Shown here: positions 54,911 to 64,000 of the stretch, piece by piece
Layout of the letters: each line of letters begins with the position of its first letter
Numbering within the stretch: the first letter of the stretch is position 1
NCBI GenBank assembly: GCA_977020255.1
Contig: CDROCS010002100.1
Location: forward strand, 434,001 to 498,000
Source of the DNA: Obrimoposthia wandeli
Taxonomy: Eukaryota
Direction: 5' to 3'
DNA: 64,000 bases
Notes under the pieces: generated by a model
Seen by the model: only the letters and a program-made list of their open reading frames with translations
Told to the model about the DNA's origin: nothing
The model's database searches: none
Position numbers and translations under genes: made by a program

Positions 54911-56725
54911 AAAAGATTATATTTTTAGTAACATACTTTAAATCTATATATCTTTTTATCTAAAGACTGTATTAACACCAATTCACCAAAATACATCTCG
55001 TGTGTGTGTTTTATAATTTAAATTAAATTATCTACTTATAAAATAAAGTATTATATAATTTGATAAATTTATTTAAACTAAATTAAATTAAACTATCTAG
55101 TTATAAAATAAAGTATTATATAATTTGATAATCATGTTTAAACGTTCCTATATCTATCTAACAAAGACAGTCACGTACTGCATCTATATTGCAAAAACCT
55201 GCAAATTTATGTAAATAATTTTAAAATAAAGACAAGTATTTCAAACACATATATTCCTTAAAATCACAAAGGAGAATAAAAATATGTACAACACATATAA
55301 AAAGTTTATACAACCTCGTCTGGGTATAAAAAGTGACCATAGGCGACTGAACGGTTTTTCTCCACCCACTTGCTCTTATCATCACTACTACTTAAGACAA
55401 TTTTACTTAACCTTACAGTAAAAAGTTGATGATTTAGCGAGCGTGTTGTTGTACACGCTCGCTAACGCCACTCTCATATACGGCTAAGTAATTAGAGTGC
55501 CTAATACTCGTCTGTCGGAGACTAATACCTTTCGCTCTCATCTGAGATTCACCTTCTGTAGTCTCTAGGCTATATGATTTTGGTCGTAGAAAAATCCCTT
55601 GGCTATAACTAAATAATCCCTTACTCTCATCTTTAAATTTTCCTATCGCTGTATTAAGCGTCGTATAAAGCGGATGGGTTTTTGGAAATTTCGAGGTATC
55701 CAACAGTCCATCAGCAATCATAGCAGGTAACAGTGATTCTTGAACATTGACATTATTACACTTCAAGAAAAAGCTATCAGTGTCACCCGCTATAATTCTA
55801 ATGTCGCAGTTAAATTGAACTCGATATTTCTCCAACTGCTCATATTGTAGCTCATACATACGAAGTTTGCTTAAATCTAATACTGCCTGACCCATGTAAC
55901 TAGGACGATCCAAAACAATATTTTCCTTATCCAGTAAAACTGCAATAAGGTCCGTATCGATTTCGATTGTCCTACGAAAGTGGGCTTTACTGCAATAGAT
56001 AACCAGCTTCTGTGGAGTATTACAAATCCGGAGGTTAATTCTTTTCATCAGATTCTCAATGAGTTTTCCAAATAAAGAATTCACCTTCAGTTTATAATAA
56101 TCCCGCTCGAAATCTGTTGTAGCCGCAGCTCTTTTGAGAGAATTATCCTCAATATATTTTGAAAAAACATTAGTTTGTTCAAACTGTATTGCTCTGTATA
56201 CAAAATCTACCTTAGCACCAAGTCTAACGTACATTTGTAGCAATCTAGAATGCACAACATAATGTTTCTTAGGGTAATGCGTTAATAACAATTTTTCAGT
56301 CTTACACGCTGTTGGACGCTGTTTAATGGGAGCAAGGGGAAGATCGTCGAATTTATTATGAAGCTCGTTGGGAATGGATAAATCTATTTCCAATAAATGA
56401 GCGAAGCGACTACAGGATAAATCTGCTGATTTTAAGCTGGAGATAATATTCCCCAACTCTAACCTATCAGTCACCCAGGAAAAGTTACCACAAGGTAAAA
56501 ACTGGGACATAGCCCACCCGTACAAATTGTTTACATCAATGTACAAAAGTTCTGTACCATTGATGGCGTCCACGCGGTGTTCATTAACAAATGTCATACC
56601 CCCGCGAATCCCAGACCGGAAGAGTCGGTACATTTCTGGATCCTGTATTAGCTCGACTCGCACAACGGGAGCAGAAGAAGAAGCCGGACGAAGCAGGGAT
56701 TTGAAAGCACTCGCGAAAGTCAGTC

Positions 56726-56858
56726 CTGGAAATAAAAACATTTATTAAAATCATTGTGAAAATCATTACTTTGAAAATCATCTATCTAACAAAGACGGTC
56801 ACGCATCTATATTGCAAATACTTGCATCTTTATGTAATCAATAGTAACATTTATTCTT

Positions 56859-56899
<41 letters not shown>

Positions 56900-57041
56900 A
56901 GTATCTAACAAAGACAGTCACGTACTGCATCTATATTGCAAATACTTGCATCTTTATGTAATCAATAGTAACATTTATTTTTATACATGTATATATATAT
57001 GTGTTAGTGTCTAAAATTAGAAAAATTAGAAAAATACAAAA
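56726..57041 (-). other. pPolB intron 2 (316 nt, phase 1; donor reads TT instead of GT)
   Basis: Removal restores FFSIP-G-LTFASAF. Polypyrimidine acceptor TTTTTATTTCCAG. AT-rich, with an internal ~120-bp tandem duplication and a (TA)n tract. Confidence 0.75.
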
Positions 57042-59516
57042 CAGGGATGGAGAAGAAATTGAGTGGCTCCAATCCATCGTCAGCAATGGCCTTGGTCCGG
57101 AATGCTGTAAACACGTCTGCTAGAAGGTAGACGTCCATCTTCATATAGACCAGCATATAGTCCCAGAGCGATGAGCAGCCGCTCTGAGTCCAGACCATCT
57201 TCGCCATTTCATATTGTGCTGGCTTGATCTTCTCATCCCACTTTGGCGGTAAGCTGGTGATTGCGCGAAGAGCAGTCTCTGATACTGCCATATCGTATGG
57301 GAAGATTCCCTTGGCGCTCACCAGATGTTGCGGGAAGACCGAATGTGTAAGAGGAGTCACACCCAGGTTTTCCACAAGTTTTTCTAAGCTGCTGTTCAAA
57401 AATTGAAGGGAATCGATGAAACGTATACAGACTCCTCCAATATACACCATCATAGCCTGGAATTTCTTTGTTGATTGAGGTATAACAGATACATTCAAGT
57501 CGGAAAACTTGCATAGTGCGTGCTTCAATATGTGGTGCATGTCATAACCCATAAGATTATAAAAAATGACTGGAAAAGATCGATTAATTCTCCTTGATAA
57601 GTTGCATTTTGCATGTGCAGCTCCCAGGTATTCGCCAGTCATGTGATTGTGATCTCGAACTTTGTTTGTGAGTTTCTTCTTACACAGGTAACAGATTCTT
57701 GCTGCATTGAAACTCGATACCTGTTCCTGTGTGAGTTGTCGCATCACCTCGATCGCAGGCTTCTTGTACCATGGGAGTACAACCTCTTTCGCCAAGTCCT
57801 CTAATTTCTGCAAAAAGGATACCACACAAGATTCTCCGGTAAAGACCGAGTAATCATGTGTGTACCCTCTCGTGGCTGCAACGGGAGACATGAGCATACC
57901 GGCCGAGATTGGAAGCTGAATCTGATGGTGGATCCCATGTGGCGGTAGCACAGCCTCAAAGTCCGCGTAAACAGCAAAAGGCGGAGAAATCGTTTTTGAA
58001 AAGACCTTAAACTCAATATGCTTCTCTGTAGGTATTGAATAAAGTGTTGTATGATCTAAATTCATCCTACAGAGCGGAACGTGTTTGGCGTAACTTATCG
58101 GACTACGGAATCCATGAAGACATTTATGGCACCAAGTACACCGAATGCAATTAGATACACCTTTGTTCCTATAATTAAGCAGCCTATTGAGTTTAGGAAT
58201 ACCGACATAATGAAAATTATCATTATTTTCTAAAAGGATAAGATTGATTGGCTTAGCGTCCTGTTAAACTGTAGGTTTGTGGTTCTGTAAATGACATCCA
58301 CATAGGGATTTTTGAAGATATCCCCATCTGTTTGTACATTAGAGAACCTATTGAATGTAAATACGTTGGTTGATAGAGATGGATTCTTTCTCTCAAATCG
58401 CGGTATATTACATAGACGCATCGGCATATCATTCTCATCAAAAACTAATTGACTCAAAAAGGCATCATATTGATTAACCCGATGAGGATTAGAGCGAAAT
58501 ATTTCGCGGAAAAGTACAGATAAGATACTGTAAAGGAAGCAAAACGCGTTAGAGTTCTGCACATTGATAACGCAATGTGAGAGTGCTAACTCAGATGGAG
58601 TAGGTATATAACTACTCCCCTGGAGATAGTTCATTGTTGTTGTTTTAGTCACAACAAACGAAATCTCCAGGAAGCTGTTCACTACCCAATTACTGCTACT
58701 TTGAGAATAATTCTCAATCTTCTTGTTGATCCCATCTACTCCCGCATCTATAAACCCCTCATCTATGGGGAGCCCTCTATTGGAAAAATTCCAAGCGCGT
58801 GTTTCTCCAATATTGGAAAATTCAACACGCACCCCGAATTGAACCTCGCAAGTCGCAAACTTGCTGACTGTGTCCCTTAAGCTAGTCAAACGTGATACAG
58901 GAACTTGTAAATCGATGAGATTGTCATTAGAAACATCTAATGACAATGTCTCAATCGTGCCCCGAAGACTAGTCTTACGCTTAACATCATCAACCCTGGA
59001 AAACTTCGCAACAGAGCTACCTGAAGTGGGCATAACACTTCTCTTGCGGGTAGATGCTGGTAACGGCGCGGGGATCATACCAACTGGAGGAGGCATAACT
59101 GGAACCATTGGTGCAGCAGATGATGGTGAAGCAACTGGGGCAGCAACTGGAACCATTGGTGCAGCAAATGATGGTGAAGCAACTGGACTAGTAACAGCAG
59201 CAGCAATTGGGGCAGATAGTGGAACAGCAGAAATTGGGGCAGCAATTGGCGAAGCAGCAACAACTGGACCAGCAACCCGAGAAATAGTAGCAGATCTATT
59301 CTGAAAGATGGCCTTCTTGCCACGTTGCTGGAAATGGCGAAGATGGACACGATGACGCGCCACAAACTCCAGCCAATCAATCTCCTCCGTAGAGAGACAT
59401 ACTGGACATACGTAGAATTGTTGTCCGTTGAACTTCTGTCCAAAGTAGCTCTTCATTTTTCCATCTCATTCCTTGTGACTCTCCTCGAAGCATAATTCTT
59501 TGTTCATATTGCAATT

Positions 59517-59558
59517 CTAGAAAGAAATAAATTAGCAGAAAAATAACAATAAACTTAC
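59517..59558 (-). other. pPolB intron 1 (42 nt) directly after the ATG
   Basis: ATG|GTAAGT...GCTAAT...TTTCTAG|. Splicing puts the ATG at 59561-59559 in frame with pPolB, apart from one TGA. TATA box (TATATAA) about 50 nt upstream. Confidence 0.7.
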
Positions 59559-59692
59559 CATTTTCAATTTCGTTTATAATAGGGGATTATTTGTTGATTG
59601 ATGCTTGCTTATATACTATTTTCGAGCTAGTATTAAGCCAATCAGATTCATTCATTATTTAAACCAACCAGATTAATTTAAAACAGAATAGT

Positions 59693-60202
59693 TTACTGAC
59701 AGATGTGAGTAGTTGAATTTTCATTAATATTTAAATAATCCAAACTAGCTGCAAAGCATTTCTTGTATGCACAATGCTCGCCATGTTTAATATATGGACA
59801 ATTGATATTTGATGGATTTAATTGTTTTAATGTTTTCGAGTAATTTATCACTCTAAATGCAGGAAAATATTTATTGATTGTCTTTATTTTAGCTCCATTA
59901 TTTTCATCCAAAACATAGAAAATTGATTTGGATACATCACAACAACGTTTTATTTCCTCAGTTATTTCTTGTATCTTGAAATTACTATTACCATCAACTA
60001 GTTTTAGTCGATGGTAATGCTTAATGAGATATCTATTTATTTTTCTTGATTTTCTATTCATCATGTCCCATATGGGTTGCATTTTAAAAACATAATGTTT
60101 AGGATAGAAGATTGCATCCACATCCATTATACATAGTTCTTTTATTACAAATTCAGTATTATTATCAATAAAAGCTTCAAAATCAATAAAATAAACAGAC
60201 AT
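59693..60202 (-). CDS. DEDD/DnaQ-fold nuclease-like protein with putative E-C-H-C zinc site
   Basis: Intact 169-aa ORF with N-terminal YFIDFEAF...IKEL and C-terminal CPYIKHGEHCAYKKC. Confidence 0.65.
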   Translation of the reverse strand: MSVYFIDFEAFIDNNTEFVIKELCIMDVDAIFYPKHYVFKMQPIWDMMNRKSRKINRYLIKHYHRLKLVDGNSNFKIQEITEEIKRCCDVSKSIFYVLDENNGAKIKTINKYFPAFRVINYSKTLKQLNPSNINCPYIKHGEHCAYKKCFAASLDYLNINENSTTHICQ

Positions 60203-60239
60203 TTTTTATAGCAATAATTTTATTTGATATTGTTTACAT

Positions 60240-60617
60240 CTATTGTTTATGCTTTAACCAAAGCAGACAGAGTTGTCCACATGACTGTGTTAAAACATTT
60301 TGATAATGTTTCTTACTAAAATGTACTTTCTTTCCAGAGTCAAGTACTGTAGATACTAATTTAGAAGGGTAATATATCCTAAAGGGGTCAAAAACAAAGA
60401 TTTCATTTTCATTAACATGTATTGCAATCCAATGTTCACCACGCAAATTACATGAATGTGTATTGATTACATATCCACCTAGTCGAGTCAAAGAGGGTAT
60501 GTGATCAAGACTGTAGACTCCATTGAAACGCGAACCGAGTAGTTTTCTTCCGCTTTTTGTTATCTCGTCCGAACTAGAATATATATTAATTAATAAATTC
60601 AAACTGACTTACTTCAT
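60240..60617 (-). CDS. Adenain-like cysteine protease, spliced
   Basis: GEHW, FDPF and QNVLTQSCGQLC catalytic motifs. Exon 1 ATGAA (60617-60613) plus exon 2 (60573-60240) gives MNSDEITKSGRK. Confidence 0.9.
60574..60612 (-). other. Protease intron (39 nt, phase 2)
   Basis: Canonical GTAAGT...TTCTAG; without it the ORF has no in-frame ATG. Confidence 0.8.
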
Positions 60618-60648
60618 TTATATATCTTCTTTATTGTTTTCATTCTGT

Positions 60649-61867
60649 TTATACTAGTACTGTTCCTCCTTTGGTAATTTGCATCTCAGAATCGAATACT
60701 CCATAGATTATAATATTAGTAGGATGTTCAAGTGCTTTTGAAAACTTGATTTATACTTTCAAATTTCCCTGTTTAGGGATTTGAGCTTGATTAATATCGA
60801 AATCAGGAGAGAGAACAAATGTGAACAGTGTATACTTGTCCTTGAAATCAGTCATTGAAATTCCAATATTAGCATCCTTATCCAAATGACCAAGATTTCT
60901 AATTAAAGATTGCACATAAGAAAACACATAATCATCGTTTTCAAAGTCATTCGTATAAGATTCTTGATAATCAATATTTCGTGCAAGTTTAATTGAACTC
61001 ACATTCATGTGTCCAAATTGAGAAACCTCATTTTTAGACTCACCTCCATAGGTAGAAGTGTTTTGGAAAGCAATTAAAACAAAGTTTGGAAGTTGCATAT
61101 CACCAAAAATCTGATCCTTGTAATAAGATAGTGCCCCAGTAGGGATAGCGTGAGAAACAAGATTAGTTTTTCTAATAGGATAACATGCATTTTGCTTCTC
61201 CAACCCTATTCGATGTGCAACGAGTACAGATGGTTCCACCTTTACTCGTCGAACCAGCAGTTTTGCTTCCGTAATCTCAATGCGGTTTTAATAGTATCGT
61301 CGCAAACAACACTAAAACCTACTGGATTTCTCTTCATTCGAGTATGTGCACTTACACCGGGTAAAAGATACTTTGGTTGCTTAAAGAAATCCAAATGGAG
61401 ACTCCCACAAAGTGACAATACTTTAGACTTTGCAATCGAGGCAATTCTTCTTTTTTCATCATTGTCAAACCCAATTGCATCAAGATTAATCAAATTCGTA
61501 TCATTACCGTAATTCAACAATGTTTCAATCATTGCTTTATGGGTGTAACTAGTATTATTTCCCTCAACTTGAGACTGAGAATCACATCCTTGAAAAGAGT
61601 ATGCAACATGTAATTAGCTGATTTGATATCCATACCATCATCCAAATCACCTCCACCTTCCTTTGTAACTTTCAATTTAACGAGAAATAAACTATCATTC
61701 AAATCAAGATATTGAGTATTGGATCCATTAATATTGAATTCTAAATCCGGAGAAGATGTCCCGTTAACCGTATTTGTAGGAAATATTTCTTCAAAACTAG
61801 CACTATCAACCACAACCTGAGATATAGGTTTATCGAATATACACAATTCAGTTTTAGCACAACTCAT
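60649..61867 (-). pseudogene. Double jelly-roll major capsid protein (Polinton PY), disrupted
   Basis: KTELCIFDKP, LEFNING..YLDLNDS, LHTLF, LHLDFFKQPKYLLPGV, YTLFTFVLSPD and IYGVFD motifs. Two -1 frameshifts (~61570, ~61275) and an in-frame TAA at 60751-60753. Confidence 0.9.
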
Positions 61868-62210
61868 TACTTAAAAATTGTTCCACCTAGTTTCAAACGT
61901 TTGTTTATACCCGATGCTTTAGATGTTTTCTTACGTTTATAACCACTTCCCTTTTGAGTTTTCCTTTTCGAAAATTCAGCTAGACTTGGTGAAATTTCAT
62001 TCACCTGATCCAAGGCAGAAATTTCCCATCACCAGACAAGTATTTTGATCCAACATTAGCAATAAATTTCCCGAGTCGCTTGAGTAGTGGGAAAGCAAAG
62101 CGACCAAAAACCTTCATCCATCCTGATCCATACTGTTTTCCGGCAAAATAAGGCAAATCACCTCCTTGCATCGGTTTACTATACGCCTCGATTATACTTG
62201 AATCAATCAT
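61867..62210 (-). CDS. Small Polinton virion protein with adenain-type sites and basic tail, one frameshift
   Basis: MQGG|D and QYGSG|W sites, amphipathic WMKVFGRFAFPLLKRLGKF. After a frameshift at ~62025 it continues ...QKGSGYKRKK...LGGTIFK*. Confidence 0.7.
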
Positions 62211-63228
62211 AATTTACGAAAATGAACCGTTAAACTTGTTTTAGCTCCGTAAGCAAATGTAATTAATCTTCCAGAATCATTACGTATATTAACTTCAATA
62301 TTGTTTATAGAAGAAGAACTCACGGGAATATACATTGGATTTTCAATTGGAATATGTATAACATCACCATACTTGTGCTTTTTCTGTTGAACCCAAATTG
62401 CTTTAATTAAGGGAAGTTTCCTTCCTCCTACGAATATTGGTTCGGTAATACTCGTGTAGATATAAATCTGATTATATGCATTAGTCATTTTAGGAATAAT
62501 CTTTGCTTTGAAAACCTCATTTTTATTTTCAAATTCATTTTCATCAAAACCGATAATTGAGGCTAATGATTTATCCATGATGATTTTATCAATATTGGAT
62601 TTCAATTTGAAATGAATAAATTTATTAACTAGTTTAAAGTTTTCAAATACATTTGGTAACACTGTTTTAAAATGTTTACACATACTTTTGCTATCGGCAA
62701 AAAGAAAATCATTGGGAACTGAATATATTTTTCTCTCGCGTTTAACGAATCTGTTTTTTATCTTGAATGTAATTATCGGATATTTGACATGATTATCCAT
62801 AATTTGTGAAACTGCATGCTTACCTTTTTCAACGTTAGGCGGAAATCCATATTGTTCTGCAACAATTTCATCATTAAAAACTATTTCAAAATTATCCCCT
62901 TTTCCCATAATTTGAATTCGATTCTCTTTATTTAAATAGACTGTGAAATCATCACCTGACTTAATACGAGCCAAATCCATTTGACCCTTATCAAATAGTA
63001 AAGTCACATCAGTTACTTTATCAGCTTCACGTTGGGTAATATATTCAATCTCAGTTTCACTTTGAATAGATAGAAGAGAGTATTGAAAGAAAATTCCATA
63101 AGAGCAGCTTCCCAACAACCTGGTAAATTGATTGAGCTTTGATAATCAATACTAAAACTATTAGCAGTATTATTCGGCTGTGTTAATTGGGAACCATTAC
63201 TTGGTAATACAACATACATTGAGTTCAT
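62207..63228 (-). pseudogene. Minor capsid (penton-like, Polinton PX) protein, one frameshift
   Basis: N-terminal MYVVLPSNGS...NNTANSF...WEAALMEFS; C-terminal IYIYTSI..VGG..NPMYIPV..IEVNIRNDSG..HFRK. Frameshift at ~63090. Confidence 0.88.
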
Positions 63229-64000
63229 TCTATTTGAGAAGCTAATATCCAACTAGGTTCAGTATATCCATGCCACTTAACTTGATATTGTTTATGCTTT
63301 CCTCTACCTTTTGTCTCTAAAATTTCTTGGATTCTATATACATTTGATTTCTCAGGCAAGACTTGTAATTCCTCATGATAAAATTTACCCGTGATTACAT
63401 TATTGGTTTCATCCTCAATGAAATACATTACCGGCCCACGTTTATTATCAATTTTAGTTATACGAAATACTTCATCGCTCCAATTCTCTTTGAAATTCTT
63501 TATAAAAGGAGTAGTACTAATTTGAGAAATACGTACATAATCACCAACTTTATACTTGGGTTTCCGAGCAAATTGACTTTGGTTACGGCGTTGCCAAATT
63601 TCCATAGCATTCTCATCTGTAACATCAACGGGTCTCTTCCAGTCTAATGATGAGTGTTCACTATGATTGTATGCATGTATTATTTGAGGTAAAACAGTAA
63701 CCCAGGACTTATTTCCCTGCTTTGTGAAATACTTTTTTAAACGATCTCTCAATGTTCGATTAAAACGTTCAACTAAAGCGGCTTTATATTGGGAAAATAC
63801 TGAGTAATGATTAATATTATGTTTTTCAATGGTGTTTCAACATGTTTATTATAAAATTCCTTTCCACTATCGGTTTGGAAATTTCTTGGTTTTATTTCTT
63901 TAATCAAAAGCTTCATTGCGGCTAAAACATCGGTACCAGACTTAGACTTTAATGGAATAGCTCGCGCGAATCTGCTAATGACATCAACACAAGTTAAAAT
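63225..64000 (-). pseudogene. Retroviral-like integrase with C-terminal chromodomain-like region, 5' partial, one frameshift
   Basis: ILTCVDVISRF, QTDSGKEF, VERFNRTL and VKWHGY..SWI motifs. Frameshift at ~63822. Confidence 0.93.

Larger units (their letters stand above)
55306..59561 (-). pseudogene. Protein-primed family B DNA polymerase (pPolB), 2 introns, 2 frameshifts, 1 in-frame stop
   Basis: Motifs: GSSYIPTP, NAFCFLYSILS and FHYV in the N-terminal region; YADFEA (ExoI); CYLC..VRDHNH..GAAH..CN (HNH/EndoVII-like insert); YIDVNNLYG; KLKVNSLFGK; GDTDS; C-terminal DDK..YGH ending at the stop at 55306. Frameshifts at ~58265 and ~55440; TGA at 59466-59468. Confidence 0.95.
54671..64000 (-). 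mobile_element. Maverick/Polinton (adintovirus-like) element, continues beyond the window
   Basis: Terminus starts AGTAG. Co-oriented pPolB, adenain protease, major and minor capsid proteins and retroviral-like integrase were recognised by motifs. ATPase and second terminus are not in the window. Confidence 0.95.

Noticed and set aside
58861-59443. ORFs 58861-59304 (+) and 59075-59443 (-) as overlapping genes
   Set aside because: Explained by the low-complexity Pro/Ala repeat in pPolB, which lacks stops in other frames.
61242-61600. MCP frameshifts as hidden introns
   Set aside because: No GT-AG pair or extra sequence; protein similarity resumes immediately in the shifted frame.
1-64000. 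tRNA/rRNA genes and the many 60-100-aa ORFs with non-ATG starts
   Set aside because: No cloverleaf or rRNA signatures were noticed. The short AT-rich ORFs lack motifs and are expected by chance, or are antisense to TE remnants.

Overview
AT-rich eukaryotic DNA, probably an invertebrate, with ~40-50 nt introns in several genes; the species cannot be determined. Host genes: (i) the 3' exons of a class III nucleotidyl (guanylyl-like) cyclase at 5469-5558, 11780-12056 and ~12219-12622, split by a 6.2-kb transposon-filled intron; (ii) the 3' exons of a Dpy-30/RIIa-type dimerisation-docking-motif protein at 13996-14070 and 16048-16166. Most of 1-54400 is a transposon graveyard: Tc1/mariner, pogo, hAT, Merlin, L2/CR1 LINE, solo-LTR-like islands, MITEs and a foldback repeat. 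From 54671 to the window end lies one arm of a Maverick/Polinton (adintovirus-like) element. It contains a terminal repeat region and, all on the minus strand, protein-primed PolB, a DEDD/MAEL-like nuclease-fold gene, adenain protease, major capsid protein, a small protease-cleaved basic protein, minor capsid protein and retroviral-like integrase. The packaging ATPase and the second terminus are not in the window. Unusual features of the element: spliceosomal introns in pPolB and the protease (two of them at or just after the start codon), chained stop-start overlaps, a nuclease-fold gene resembling Maelstrom/arenavirus NP, an AGGTCA array at the terminus, a hairpin junction with a ~240-bp mini-derivative, and an orphan 31-bp copy of its end 44 kb upstream. 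All protein assignments come from manual motif recognition; no database searches were run.
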